A stretch of 61,036 nt of DNA from Gemmatimonadota bacterium (GCA_039587215.1 JBDHIW010000005.1:1-61036); one strand, 5' to 3'. Positions 1 to 10,180 are shown, counted from the stretch's first letter. The notes: a model not told the origin generated them from the sequence alone. Numbers and translations are program-made.

Positions 1-2212
1 CCTCGATCAGCATGTCGACCGCCGCCCGCTGCTCCGCGGCCGCGACCGGACGATACGGCATCTCCTCGTTGGGGTCGCCCTTGTGGCTCCGCGACGTGTA
101 GATGCCCCCGACGTAGGTCGTGAGGGGCAACAGGGCGCGGATGCGAATGCTGATCATCGACGCGAACGCGCCGCGCAGCCGCTGATACCCATCGCCGTCG
201 CCGATCAGGAACTCGTCGAGGCGCGGCATCGTGCGCTCCACGAGCGCGATGCGATCGCGGGCGGACCGGAGATGGTCGGCGCCGATGTCGCGCAGCGCCG
301 CGCGCGGATCCAGCGTCCACGATCCCAGCTGCGCATCCTCGTCCGTCGCATAGGAGTGCAGCGGCTCGGTGGACTGCGCGGCGATCTTCCTGATGCCCGG
401 CAGTTCCGCTTCCGCCGTCGCCGCGGGCGTGCCCGTCATGGCGAAGGCGCCCGACGCGGCCTGCTGATAGCCGGTGGAGTACCCGTACCGGACCGCCCAC
501 ACGTCGTAGGCGCCGACTTCCTTGTTGTAGTAGTGCCCCTGGCGACTCCGGTTCGCCGACACGTTCACGGTCCCGTAGTCCATGACGGACAGGGTGACGC
601 CGTTCTCACGCGTGAACGTCGTGTCGTGCAGTCGCTCGTTCGGGATCGCCGCCGACCCCTTGAAGTTGTGCCGCAGCCCGAGGGTGTGTCCCACCTCGTG
701 CATCACCAGATCCCGGATCGCGTCGCCCAGGAACTCCTGCGGCATCGGCGCGCCCTTCGCCAGCTCACCGCCCGCGAGGAGCACCGAGTACTGGAACCCG
801 AGGTTCTCCGCCACCGTCGCCTCCGCCATGCAGAGCCGCTGCGCCCACTCGGACGGCAAGTCGCGGATGACGTTCGCCTCGCGCTCGAAGCGCTCGCGCA
901 TGGCCTGCGGGCCGGCGAGATGCGAGTAGTCGAACGCATGGAAGCGGGTCCAGTTGGACGAGATGAGCACGTCGGCATTCAGGATCTCGCCCGTGCGCGG
1001 ATCGGTCTGGCTCGGACCGATGGCCCACGCGCCGCCGAGCGCATGCGACGTGGACCAGCGCACCGTCGAGTACCGCATGTCCTCCGCACTCCACGTCGAG
1101 TCGTCCGGCGCGTCACGCGCCACGATCGCATTGGAGATGCCCGCCGCCTCGAACGCCTTGTTCCACGCTTCGATGCCCTCCTTCACGAACCCCCGGTACT
1201 CCATGGGCACCGAGTGATCCACGTAGTACACGATGGGCTCGACGGCATCGGCCACGGGGACCGAGTGGTCGCTCTTCTCGAGCCGCCACCGCGTGACATA
1301 CCGGACCATGAAATCTTCGTCCAGGTCGCGGCTGTAGTCGCGCATCGCCTCGACGAAGTAGCCGACGCGATCGTCCGCGATCCGCGGCTGCATCGGGTCG
1401 TCGGGCAGCGCAAACAGCGAGTAGCGCACGCCCAGCGTCACGATCCGACCGTCCGCCAGGGCCAGCCCGCCGAACCGCGGGTTCGCGTTGGCCTGCATCG
1501 TCAGATCCACGTCGATCTCCACGTTGCGCGCAAAGCCCTGCACGCGGTCGACGTGGCTCCGCTCGCGGTCCATCCGGATCGGCTGCGCGCCGTACGACCC
1601 GCGCAGCCCGCCGGCGATGTTCGCGTAGTCCGACACGACGAACGGCGTCACCTCGATCAGGAGCGTGCCGTTTTCCTTGTGCTGACTCTCGATCTTGAAC
1701 GAGGCGACCACCGAGTTGCCAACGTTCTCTTCGAGGGTCGCCGCCATCGGCGAGCCGGGGTCCGCCGTGAAGCGCGGATTGAGATGCTCGAGGTAGAGCT
1801 GATCGCCGACCCGTCGGAACCGCATCATCTGCGTGTTGCCGAGCAGCGGGAGCCCGTCGTTGAGGAAGAACTCACCCAGCCCGCGGCTGACGTGCATCAT
1901 GAGCCCAAACTCGGCGTCGAGCTGATCAGCCCGAATCTCCATGTACAGCTTGTTGTCACGCTTGAGATGGGTCGTGAAGTACCCCTGGATGGCCCGCGTG
2001 TCCTTGAGGACGTCCTCCCACTTCTTGAACGGGTCCTTCGATTCGTCCTTGCTGGAGTCCTGCCCCGCTGCGGCCGCAGGACGCGGCGACGCGGCGGCAG
2101 CCGCCGTGGCTGCCGGCTGTGGAGACGCGGCGGGCGGAGCGTTGACCTGAATACACGACACAGTGCTGGCGAGCAACGCCAGCACGGCTGAGCGAGATGC
2201 AAATCGGAACAT
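1..2212 (-). CDS. Zinc-dependent metalloprotease (zincin, DUF5117/DUF4953-like), probable lipoprotein; C-terminus runs off the window start
   Basis: Absent from the ORF track because it has no in-window stop. Hand translation of the minus frame from ATG 2212-2210 stays open to nt 2. N-terminus MFRFASRSAVLALLASTVSCIQ is a signal peptide with a Cys lipobox-like end. HExxHxxGxxH motif ...DLVMHEVGHTLGLRHNF... lies around nt 660-710. The 702-aa plus ORF 83..2191 is its antisense shadow. Confidence 0.85.
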   Translation of the reverse strand, partial: MFRFASRSAVLALLASTVSCIQVNAPPAASPQPAATAAAAASPRPAAAAGQDSSKDESKDPFKKWEDVLKDTRAIQGYFTTHLKRDNKLYMEIRADQLDAEFGLMMHVSRGLGEFFLNDGLPLLGNTQMMRFRRVGDQLYLEHLNPRFTADPGSPMAATLEENVGNSVVASFKIESQHKENGTLLIEVTPFVVSDYANIAGGLRGSYGAQPIRMDRERSHVDRVQGFARNVEIDVDLTMQANANPRFGGLALADGRIVTLGVRYSLFALPDDPMQPRIADDRVGYFVEAMRDYSRDLDEDFMVRYVTRWRLEKSDHSVPVADAVEPIVYYVDHSVPMEYRGFVKEGIEAWNKAFEAAGISNAIVARDAPDDSTWSAEDMRYSTVRWSTSHALGGAWAIGPSQTDPRTGEILNADVLISSNWTRFHAFDYSHLAGPQAMRERFEREANVIRDLPSEWAQRLCMAEATVAENLGFQYSVLLAGGELAKGAPMPQEFLGDAIRDLVMHEVGHTLGLRHNFKGSAAIPNERLHDTTFTRENGVTLSVMDYGTVNVSANRSRQGHYYNKEVGAYDVWAVRYGYSTGYQQAASGAFAMTGTPAATAEAELPGIRKIAAQSTEPLHSYATDEDAQLGSWTLDPRAALRDIGADHLRSARDRIALVERTMPRLDEFLIGDGDGYQRLRGAFASMISIRIRALLPLTTYVGGIYTSRSHKGDPNEEMPYRPVAAAEQRAAVDMLIE

Positions 2213-2382
2213 GGAGACGACCTCTGACTGATTGTGATCCGGAAGCGGTCCCTAGAGAACGCAAGAGAGTATCGGTCCGCCACCGAGGGGTCAATGGCGT
2301 GCCGGCCACCTGCGCCCTACGTTTCTTCCCTCGCGCGCGTTTCGTGCGCCGGTGCCTTGAAGGAACCCCCGGAGGTGGAGCA

Positions 2383-3666
2383 ATGTTCCGAGCTCTCGCG
2401 ATCGTCGCAGCCGGCGCCGTACCGGCACTCCCCCTCGCCGCCCAGCACGCCGCCATCGACGCTGCCGTGGAGCGGATCACGCCGGCGGTCACCGAGATGC
2501 GGCACCACCTGCACCAGAACCCCGAACTCGGCAATCGGGAATTCGAGACCGCCGCGCTCATGGCGCAGCACCTCCGCGACCTCGGTTTCGACGACGTGCA
2601 GACCGACGTGGCTCACACCGGGGTCGTGGGACTGCTCCGAGGCGGCCGGCCGGGGCCGGTCGTCGCCGTGCGGGCGGACATGGACGCCCTGCCCGTCACC
2701 GAGGAGACCGACCTGCCATTCCTGTCGACGGTGCGCTCCACCTATCTCGGACAGGAGGTCGGGGTCTCCCATGCGTGCGGACACGACATCCACATGGCGG
2801 TGCAGCTCGGCGTCGCGTCCGTGCTCGCGTCTCTGCGGGATGAGCTGCCGGGGACGGTCAAGTTCATCTTCCAGCCGGCCGAGGAAGGTCCCCCGCCCGG
2901 CGAGGAGGGCGGGGCACCGCTCATGCTGGCCGAGGGCGTGCTCGAGAACCCCCGACCGGAAGTGATCTTCGGGCTCCACACGTACGCGCACCTCGACGTC
3001 GGACGGGTCGGCTACACGCCCGGCGGCGCGCTCGCGGCCATGGACCACTTCTACATCACCATCAAGGGACGGCAGGCACACGGTGCGGCCCCGCACCTGA
3101 GCGTGGACCCCATCGTGATGGCGGCGCAGGCGATTACCGCGCTGCAGACGATCCGATCCCGCAACCTGTCGCCGCTGGCGCCCAGCGTGGTCACCGTGGG
3201 ATTCGTCCAGGGCGGCACGCGCTTCAACATCATCCCCGGCGAGGTGCGGATGCAGGGGACGGTGCGGACGTACGACGCGGGCGTCCAGGATCAGGTGGAG
3301 CGACGCATGGGCGAGATTCTGGCGGGCGTCACCGCTGCCGGCGGCGGCTCGTATGAGCTCGTGTACGACCGCATCACACCAGCGACGATCAACGATGTCG
3401 CGCTCACCGAGCAAAGCGTTCCGAGTCTGGCCGCCGCGGTCGGGAAGGACAACGTCGGTCTCATCGATCCGTGGATGGCCGCGGAAGACTTCGCCTACTT
3501 CGCCAACACCGTCCCGGGATTCTACTTCCGGCTCGGGACACTCGCACCGGGCACCACGTCGGGCGACCATCACTCACCGACCTTCCGCGCGGACGACGCG
3601 GCGATTCCGGTAGGCATCCGTGCCATGGCCTACACGATCTGGGACTACCTGGCCGCCGGCCGGTAG
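2383..3666 (+). CDS. M20-family amidohydrolase/peptidase (N-acyl-amino-acid amidohydrolase-like), secreted
   Basis: Track ORF 2197..3666. ATG 2383 is preferred because it is preceded by ggaggtggag. N-terminus MFRALAIVAAGAVPALPLAAQ is signal-like. M20 motifs: HHLHQNPELGNRE, VRADMDALP, SHACGHDIHMA, FQPAEEG. Confidence 0.85.
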   Translation: MFRALAIVAAGAVPALPLAAQHAAIDAAVERITPAVTEMRHHLHQNPELGNREFETAALMAQHLRDLGFDDVQTDVAHTGVVGLLRGGRPGPVVAVRADMDALPVTEETDLPFLSTVRSTYLGQEVGVSHACGHDIHMAVQLGVASVLASLRDELPGTVKFIFQPAEEGPPPGEEGGAPLMLAEGVLENPRPEVIFGLHTYAHLDVGRVGYTPGGALAAMDHFYITIKGRQAHGAAPHLSVDPIVMAAQAITALQTIRSRNLSPLAPSVVTVGFVQGGTRFNIIPGEVRMQGTVRTYDAGVQDQVERRMGEILAGVTAAGGGSYELVYDRITPATINDVALTEQSVPSLAAAVGKDNVGLIDPWMAAEDFAYFANTVPGFYFRLGTLAPGTTSGDHHSPTFRADDAAIPVGIRAMAYTIWDYLAAGR

Positions 3667-3694
3667 CCCCGAGCCGCATGAACGAGTCGATCAC

Positions 3695-4480
3695 GTGAGC
3701 GACGCGAGCAGGCCTGTCGAGGTCCGACGCATGGGCGACGGCAATGCCGGACCGACCGTCGACCGCGTCGCCACCGAGGAGCCGCTCGAGATCCTCATCG
3801 GCGAGACGGCCCTCGCGGTGGTGATGCGCACCCCCGGCGATGACGTCGAACTGGTGCGGGGCTTTCTGCTCACGGAAGGCATGGTTCTGGGTCCGCACGA
3901 GATCGCGGCCATCGACGTGGACGACGGGCGCGCCGTGGTGCGCTTCATCGACGGGGTGGACGTCGACCCGACCCGCTTCCAGCGCAACCTGTTCGTGTCC
4001 AGCTCCTGCGGGGTGTGCGGCAAGGCGTCGGTCGAGGCGGTCGAGCTGTTCGCGCCGCCCGCCAAGGACTTCGCCGTCGAGCCGGACATCGTGGCGCGGC
4101 TCACGACGGCGCTGGCCGAGCACCAGCCGACGTTCGAGGCGACCGGCGGACTGCACGCCGCGGGCGTCTTCACGCTCGAGGGCGCCCCCCTCGCGGTCCG
4201 GGAGGACGTGGGACGGCACAACGCCGTGGACAAGGCGATCGGGGCCGCGAGCGTCGACCGGTGGCCGCTCCATCCCGTCCTGCTCGTGGTGTCGGGCCGC
4301 CAGAGCTTCGAAATCGTGCAGAAGGCGGCCGTGGCGGGAATCGCCGGGGTCGTCGGCGTGTCCGCCCCCTCCTCGCTCGCCGTGGAGCTTGCCGCGTCCC
4401 ACGCGATGCTGCTGGTCGGGTTCGCCCGGGACGGCAGCTTCAACGTCTATGCCGGGCGTGAACGGCTCGGCGCGTCCTAG
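3695..4480 (+). CDS. fdhD: Formate dehydrogenase accessory sulfurtransferase FdhD
   Basis: Track ORF 3620..4480. Motifs SSCGVCGKASVE and GRHNAVDKAIG are typical of FdhD. The start is uncertain: GTG 3695 or ATG 3731. The track start 3620 overlaps the upstream gene. Confidence 0.85.
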   Translation: MSDASRPVEVRRMGDGNAGPTVDRVATEEPLEILIGETALAVVMRTPGDDVELVRGFLLTEGMVLGPHEIAAIDVDDGRAVVRFIDGVDVDPTRFQRNLFVSSSCGVCGKASVEAVELFAPPAKDFAVEPDIVARLTTALAEHQPTFEATGGLHAAGVFTLEGAPLAVREDVGRHNAVDKAIGAASVDRWPLHPVLLVVSGRQSFEIVQKAAVAGIAGVVGVSAPSSLAVELAASHAMLLVGFARDGSFNVYAGRERLGAS

Positions 4481-4539
4481 TCCCGCCGGCGGACCGGAGC
4501 CCTCGCTCCCGCGGCCGATCCACCTTAGCTTCTCTCCCT

Positions 4540-6225
4540 ATGGCGATCCCCTCGAACGACGAGCTCGTCGCCCGCTGGAAAGACGAGCCCGCGCCACTCC
4601 TCCCCCTCCTGCACGCGTTCCACGAACGCGACGGGTTTCTTGGGGACGACGCGCTGCGCGCCGTCGCGACGGGTCTCCGCATCCCGCTCGCCGACCTCTT
4701 CGGCACCGTGACCTTTTACCACCACTTCGCGCGCGAGCCGCTCGGACAGCGCGCGCCTCGCGTGTGTACGGGCCCCGTGTGCTGGATGCGGAACGGCCCG
4801 GCCATCCTGGAGGCGCTCCAGAGCCAGGGCGCGACGCCGATGCCCTGCGCGGGCCGATGCGACGATCCCGTGCCGGTGCTCGAGGGGAATACAGTGAAAG
4901 TCGGGACGGCGGCCGACGCCCTGGCGGAGACCGCATCCCCGCTGCCCGCCGCGCGACCGGAGACCCACGGCGAGGAGTGCGTGTTCGCGCACATCCGCAA
5001 GCCGGGCAGGGCCACGCTCGACGGGTACCGCGCGACGGGCGGCTACGATGGGCTCACCGCGGCGGCGGCGAAGACGCCCCAGGAGGTCGTCGCGCTCATC
5101 ACCGAGAGCGGGCTCGCCGGACGGGGCGGCGCAGGCTTCCCTACGGGCCGGAAGTGGCAGGCCGTGCTGGAGGCGCCGGGCGAGCCCAAGACCATCGTCT
5201 GCAACGCGGACGAGGGTGAGCCGGGCTGCTTCAAGGACCGGGCGATCCTGGACCACGACCCCCACGCGGTCGTCGAGGGCATGGCGATCGCCGCCATGGC
5301 GACGGGCGCGACACGGGGGTTCATCTATCTACGCTACGAGTATCCCTCGACGATGGACTTCCTCGAGGCGGCCATTGCCGACGCCTCTGCGGCGGGCATG
5401 CTCGGCGACGACGTCGCGGGATCCGGACGCCGCTTCGACCTGTACGTGCGGCGCGGTGCCGGGGCGTACATCTGCGGCGAGGAGGGCTCGCTCCTCAACA
5501 GCCTCGAGGGCAAGCACCCCTTCCCACGGAACCGGCCGCCGTTTCCCGTCACGCACGGCTACGACGATCTTCCGACGGTCGTCAACAACGTGGAGACGCT
5601 CGCTTCGGTCCCGCCGATCCTGCGCCACGGGGCCGCGTGGTACCAGGGCCTCGGCGTGGGCGACCATGCGGGTACGAAGCTGATCAGCCTCTCTGGCGAC
5701 GTGCAGCGGCCCGGGAACTACGAGGTGCCGATCGGCCTTCCGCTCCGCACCCTGCTGAACGAGTGGGCGGGCGGCCCGCTCGATGGGCGCACCATCCAGG
5801 CGGTCACGATGGCGGGGCTCTCCGGCGGGTTCCTCGCGGGCGACGACCTCGACGTGACGCTCGACGAGCCGAGCATCCGGTCCAAGGGGTCGTTCCTCGG
5901 AGCGGGCGGCATCATGGTCTTCGACGACAGCCGCGACATGATCGCCGTCGCTCACGAGGCGATGTCGTTCTTCGCCCACGAGTCCTGCGGGAAGTGCTTC
6001 CCGTGCCGGATCGGCACGCAGCGCCTTACCGAGCGCCTGGCGGGGACCGCCGGGCCCGCCGATGTCGATGCGTGGACCGCCGAGGTCCACGACATCGGGA
6101 CGGCCATGAAATCGATCAGCGCGTGCGGGCTCGGCATCGCCGCCCCGCTCGTCACCGACAGCCTGCTGCGCTACTTCCCCGACCGGGTAGCCGCGCACGT
6201 GGGCAACGGCAAGGAGTCAGCATGA
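4540..6225 (+). CDS. NAD-dependent formate dehydrogenase beta subunit (NuoE-like 2Fe-2S domain fused to NuoF-like FMN/NAD/4Fe-4S domain)
   Basis: N-terminal thioredoxin-like 2Fe-2S pattern (CTGPVC...CAGRC). NuoF motifs GRGGAGFPTGRKW and ESCGKCFPCRIG. Its stop overlaps the next start as ATGA at 6222-6225. Confidence 0.85.
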   Translation: MAIPSNDELVARWKDEPAPLLPLLHAFHERDGFLGDDALRAVATGLRIPLADLFGTVTFYHHFAREPLGQRAPRVCTGPVCWMRNGPAILEALQSQGATPMPCAGRCDDPVPVLEGNTVKVGTAADALAETASPLPAARPETHGEECVFAHIRKPGRATLDGYRATGGYDGLTAAAAKTPQEVVALITESGLAGRGGAGFPTGRKWQAVLEAPGEPKTIVCNADEGEPGCFKDRAILDHDPHAVVEGMAIAAMATGATRGFIYLRYEYPSTMDFLEAAIADASAAGMLGDDVAGSGRRFDLYVRRGAGAYICGEEGSLLNSLEGKHPFPRNRPPFPVTHGYDDLPTVVNNVETLASVPPILRHGAAWYQGLGVGDHAGTKLISLSGDVQRPGNYEVPIGLPLRTLLNEWAGGPLDGRTIQAVTMAGLSGGFLAGDDLDVTLDEPSIRSKGSFLGAGGIMVFDDSRDMIAVAHEAMSFFAHESCGKCFPCRIGTQRLTERLAGTAGPADVDAWTAEVHDIGTAMKSISACGLGIAAPLVTDSLLRYFPDRVAAHVGNGKESA

Positions 6226-8969
6226 TCGCACGGGATACCGACGTCGCGACCGCTACGATGACGCTCGACGGCGCGGAGGTGTCGTTCACCGTCGGCGAGA
6301 CGATCTACGAGGTGGCGCAGCGCCACGCCGTCGCGATTCCGACGCTCTGCTACGACCCACGGCTCGACCCGTTCGGCGGCTGCCGGCTCTGCGTCGTGTC
6401 CGTCGAGGGTATGCGCGGCCCCGTTGCGTCCTGCACGATGAAGGCGGAGCCCGACATGGTGGTGCGCACCACCACCGACGAGATCGACGGACTGCGAAAG
6501 ACGCTCCTCGAGATGGTCGTGTCCGAAAACCGCGAGGTCGACGTCGACCCTCTCCGGGGGTACGCGTCGCAGGAGCTCGCCACGCTCGCGGACCGCTACG
6601 GCGCCCGCACCGGGCGGTTCGCCGGGAAGCAGTCGGGCGCGACGCGCTCGGACGACGACAATCCGTTCATCCTCCGCGACTACGACCTCTGCATCTCGTG
6701 CTACCGCTGCGTACGGGTCTGTGCGGAGCGCGAGGGCGACTACGCCATCTCGGTCATGAACCGCGGGTTCGACACGAAGATCACGGTCGAGTTCGAGGGC
6801 CTGCTCAAGGACTCGGCATGCACGTTCTGCGGCCAGTGCGTACAGACGTGCCCGACGGGAGCGCTCGCCGACCGGAAGGCACTCCGCTTCGACCACGTCG
6901 AAGCCCCGATCGAGAAGACGCGCACGATCTGCCCCTACTGCGGGGTGGGCTGCTCGGTCGACATCATGACGAAGGGCGACACGATGGTGGGCGTCCAGCC
7001 CGCCATGGACGGTCCTGCCAACCTCGGAGCGCTCTGCATCAAGGGCCAGTTCGCCTACGACTTCGTGCAGCACCCCGACCGTCTCGGCAGCCCGCTCGTG
7101 CGGGGCGAGGACGGCGAGTTGCACGAGACCGACTGGGACACGGCGCTCGACCGCGCCGCCGATGGATTCCGCCGCTCACTCGACCAATACGGACGGCACA
7201 GTGTCTATGGCGTCGCGTCGGGTCGCGCGCCGCATGAAGCTGCGTACACCATGCAGAAGTTCATGCGCGCGGGATTCGGCACGAACTACATAGACAACTG
7301 TAGCCGTGCCTGACACGCTCCCACGGTTGCCGGTCTGGCAGCCACGATTGGACGAGGCGCCATGTCGAACCCGCTGGCCGACATGGAGGAGCCGAAGGTC
7401 ATCTTCTGCATCGGTACGAACATGACCGAGTGCCACCCGGTCGCCGCGACTCGCCTCAAGCGGGCCCTGGCGAAGGGGGCCAAGCTCATCGTCGCCGACC
7501 CGCGAAGGATCGGACTCGCCGACCTCGCGGATCTCTACCTTCCGCTGCGCGTGGGCTCGGACGCGGCCCTGCTGCTCGGCATGGCGCACGTGATCCAACG
7601 CGACGGGCTGGTGAACGACGCGTTCATGGCGGAGCGGACGACGGAAGGCGAGAAGTTCCTCGAGCACGTCCAGCAGTTCACGCCCGAATGGACGGAGGAG
7701 ATCACCGGCGTACCCGCTGCCGACATCGAGCAGGCGGCCCGCTGGTACGCGGATACGGACCGCGGAGCGATCTACTACACGCTGGGCATCACCGAGCATA
7801 TCTGCGGTGTGGACAACGTGCAGAGCCTCTGCAACCTGGCCCTCATGACCGGCAACATCGGCCGCGAGGGAACGGGCATCAATCCAATGCGGGGCCAGAA
7901 CAACATCCAGGGCGCGGGCGACTGCGGCGCGCTGCCCAACAACTACGTCGGTTTCCAGGCGGTGACCGATCCGGCGTACCAGGCCAAGTTCGAAGCCGCC
8001 TACGGCCGCCAGGTCGATCTCGAGAAAGGCATCACCAAGGTCACCGCCCTCGAGCTGTGCGGCGACCAAATCCGCGCGATGCTGATCGATGGCGAGAATA
8101 CGGTCGTCTCGGACCCGGACCGGGAGCACTGCCAGCACGCGCTCGAGAGTCTCGACCACCTCGTCGTGATCGACATCTTCCTCACGGAGACCGCGGAACT
8201 CGCCGACGTCGTGCTCCCCGCCACCGCGTGGGGTGAAACCGACGGTGTCTGCACGAACACCGAGCGGCGCGTCCAGCGGCTTCGCGGGGCGGTCGCGCCG
8301 CCGGGCCAGGCCAAGCCCGACTGGTGGATCGTGTCGCAGATTGCCAAGCGGCTCGGGATCCCGGGCTTCGACTACACCGAGCCCAAAGAGGTCTTCAACG
8401 AGATCTGCGAGCTCTCGCCGATCTACCACGGGCTCGACTGGGATCGAATCGAGCACAGCGAGTATCAGTGGCCGGTGCCGGAGAAAGACCACCCGGGCAC
8501 GCCGCGACTCCACGAAGAGGGGTTCGTGAACGGCCGGGGCATCTTCTCGCTCATCACCTATCGCGATCCCGCGGAGACCGTGAGCGACGCGTACCCCGTC
8601 TGGCTCACGACGGGGCGCCGGCTCCAGTCCTATCACACCCGGACGCAGACCGGTCGCGCGCAGGGCATCGATTATCTGCTGTCGGAGGAAATGCTGGAGG
8701 TGCATCCCGACGACGTGACGGCATGGGGTCTCACGGACGGCGGCTGGGCCACGATGCACAGCGCGCGCGGCAGCGTACAAGTGAAGGTGCAGGCGAACCG
8801 ACGCAGTCCGCGCGGGACCGTGTTCGCCAGCTTCAGTTTCAACGACGTGCCGATCAACGTCCTGACCGGCGGCGGCTATGATCCGGTGACCCACACGGCC
8901 GAGCTCAAGGTCTGCCCCGTGCGCGTGGAGCCCGCGACGGCGCCTGCCGACGTCGGAACGCCGACATGA
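6222..8969 (+). CDS. fdhA: Formate dehydrogenase alpha subunit (molybdopterin, FdsA/FdhA type), selenocysteine-containing; TGA 7311-7313 read as Sec
   Basis: Joins the tail of track ORF 5637..7313 (true start ATG 6222, MIARDTDV...) to ORF 7362..8969; both are in the same frame. N-terminal 2Fe-2S (CYDPRLDPFGGCRLC), 4Fe-4S (CISCYRCVRVC, CTFCGQCVQTCP) and Mo-bisPGD 4Fe-4S (CPYCGVGCSVD) motifs. Active-site context IDNCSRA-[TGA]-HAPTVAGL. Confidence 0.85.
7311..7343 (+). promoter_or_regulatory. Selenocysteine recoding site: UGA plus SECIS-like hairpin
   Basis: TGA is at 7311-7313. After an 11-nt spacer cacgctcccac comes GGUUGCC-GGUCU-GGCAGCC (7325..7343), a 7-bp stem (one G-U pair) with a GGUCU loop. 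It closely resembles the E. coli fdhF SECIS apical hairpin GGUUGCAGGUCUGCACC, which also sits 11 nt after its UGA. Confidence 0.8.
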
Positions 8970-9241
8970 TCCCCTGCGACCATTCGACCGACACGCCGCC
9001 GCCCCCGCCGAGTGCGGACGGCTGTGAAGAGTGTCTCAGCTCCGGCGGGCGGTGGGTGCATCTCCGCATCTGCCGCACGTGCGGTCACGTCGGCTGTTGC
9101 GACAACTCACCGGGCAAGCATGCCACCGGCCACTACCACACGACGGAGCATCCCGTCATGCAGTCGTTCGAGCGCGGCGAAATGTGGGGGTGGTGCTTCA
9201 ACCACCAGGAGGAGCTGGGGCCGTACGACGCCGCCCGCTGA
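8966..9241 (+). CDS. UBP-type zinc-finger domain protein
   Basis: Cys/His-rich pattern CEEC...HLRICRTCGHVGCCD...H..H.H... typical of zf-UBP. Its ATG overlaps the fdhA stop (ATGA at 8966-8969). Confidence 0.7.
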   Translation: MIPCDHSTDTPPPPPSADGCEECLSSGGRWVHLRICRTCGHVGCCDNSPGKHATGHYHTTEHPVMQSFERGEMWGWCFNHQEELGPYDAAR

Positions 9242-9256
9242 CGCGGCGGACCGTCG

Positions 9257-9484
9257 TCAGGGCACGCGGGCGGTGTCTCGAGCCAGGAGGGAGTCGCCGG
9301 GCAGGGTGTCGGCCGGTACCCCCGAGTCCGGCGGCGGCACGACGATGGCGGGAACGGTAAACTCCATCGTCCCCGTTTCCGACGCGTCCTGGACGGTCTC
9401 CTCGACGCCGCAGGCGGTCGCGCCCGCCGCCAACGCAAGCACGGCGACGAGCACTCCAGCACGTCCGATCGATCCAGCCCTCAT
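9257..9484 (-). CDS. Small hypothetical lipoprotein
   Basis: 75-aa ORF. MRAGSIGRAGVLVAVLALAAGATAC is a signal peptide ending in a Cys lipobox-like motif. Third codon positions are G/C-rich. I recognise no family. Confidence 0.45.
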   Translation of the reverse strand: MRAGSIGRAGVLVAVLALAAGATACGVEETVQDASETGTMEFTVPAIVVPPPDSGVPADTLPGDSLLARDTARVP

Positions 9485-9631
9485 GGCGCACCTTCCTGGT
9501 CAACGGCCGCTGACGCCCCCCCAGACCTCCCGCCAGTATGGACCCCGGACCCGCGGGACGGAACCAGCGGCCGGCGTGGACCGTTCAGTCCGTAAACCGT
9601 CCCCCGCCCGACACCACCCGTGAGACGACCC

Positions 9632-10180
9632 ATGCCGACCATCCGACTCGCCCTCGTGGCCACGCTCGTCTGTCTGTTCTCGCGCCCCGTTGCCGCGCAG
9701 GAGGAAGAGCGGATGCCGATCCCGCTCAGTCAGTTCGGCAGCGTCACGCAGCGTGTGGGCTACACCGACATCGAGGTGCGATACCGCCGACCCGTCGCGC
9801 GTGGCCGCGAGCTCTTCGGCGGCATCGTCGACTGGGGTCGCACCTGGACGCCAGGCGCCGACTCGGCCACGACGCTCGCGTTCTCGACCGACGTCCGCGT
9901 GAACGACCGGGCGCTGCCCGCGGGGAAGTACAGCCTCTGGCTCGTCCCGGCCGCGGACGGTCCGTGGACCGCGATCCTGAGCCACGCCGCCGAGGTCTAC
10001 CACGCGCCCTACCCGGGAGAGGAGCATGACGCCCTGCGCGTCGCGGTCGTGCCGGAGCGCGGGAGTCACATGGAAGTGCTGGGCGTGTACTTCCCGGAGG
10101 TCGGGCAGACGACCGCGGTCCTCCGCGTGCACTGGGGCGGGACGATCGTGCCGCTCAGGATCGACACCGGCGGCGGGTAG
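9632..10180 (+). CDS. DUF2911-family secreted protein
   Basis: Track ORF 9620..10180 starts at GTG; ATG 9632 is preferred. Signal peptide PTIRLALVATLVCLFSRPVAAQ. DUF2911-like core: YRRPVARGRELFGGIVDWGRTWTPGADSATTLAFS...GKYSLWLVP. Confidence 0.75.
   Translation: MPTIRLALVATLVCLFSRPVAAQEEERMPIPLSQFGSVTQRVGYTDIEVRYRRPVARGRELFGGIVDWGRTWTPGADSATTLAFSTDVRVNDRALPAGKYSLWLVPAADGPWTAILSHAAEVYHAPYPGEEHDALRVAVVPERGSHMEVLGVYFPEVGQTTAVLRVHWGGTIVPLRIDTGGG

Noticed and set aside
83-2191. 702-aa plus-strand ORF, the longest track ORF at the window start
   Set aside because: Its composition is extremely Arg/His/Val-rich with no recognisable motifs. The opposite strand encodes a clean zincin metalloprotease with HEVGHTLGLRHNF. 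It is an antisense shadow typical of high-GC DNA.
5637-6221. Upstream extension of the fdhA ORF (track start 5637)
   Set aside because: The extension is Arg-rich and overlaps the well-supported NuoF-like gene in another frame. ATG 6222, with an ATGA overlap and the MIARDTDV...2Fe-2S N-terminus, is the sensible start.
7311-7361. Interpreting the break between ORFs 5637..7313 and 7362..8969 as a pseudogene or a two-gene split
   Set aside because: Both ORFs are in the same frame. The single TGA sits at the canonical Sec position, and an fdhF-like SECIS lies 11 nt downstream. Selenocysteine recoding is the better explanation.
9238-9260. Short inverted repeat ctgacg...cgtcag between the convergent zf-UBP and lipoprotein genes as a bidirectional terminator
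   Set aside because: It has only a 6-bp stem with an 11-nt loop, overlaps both stop codons, and has no U-tract on either strand. The evidence is too weak to call.
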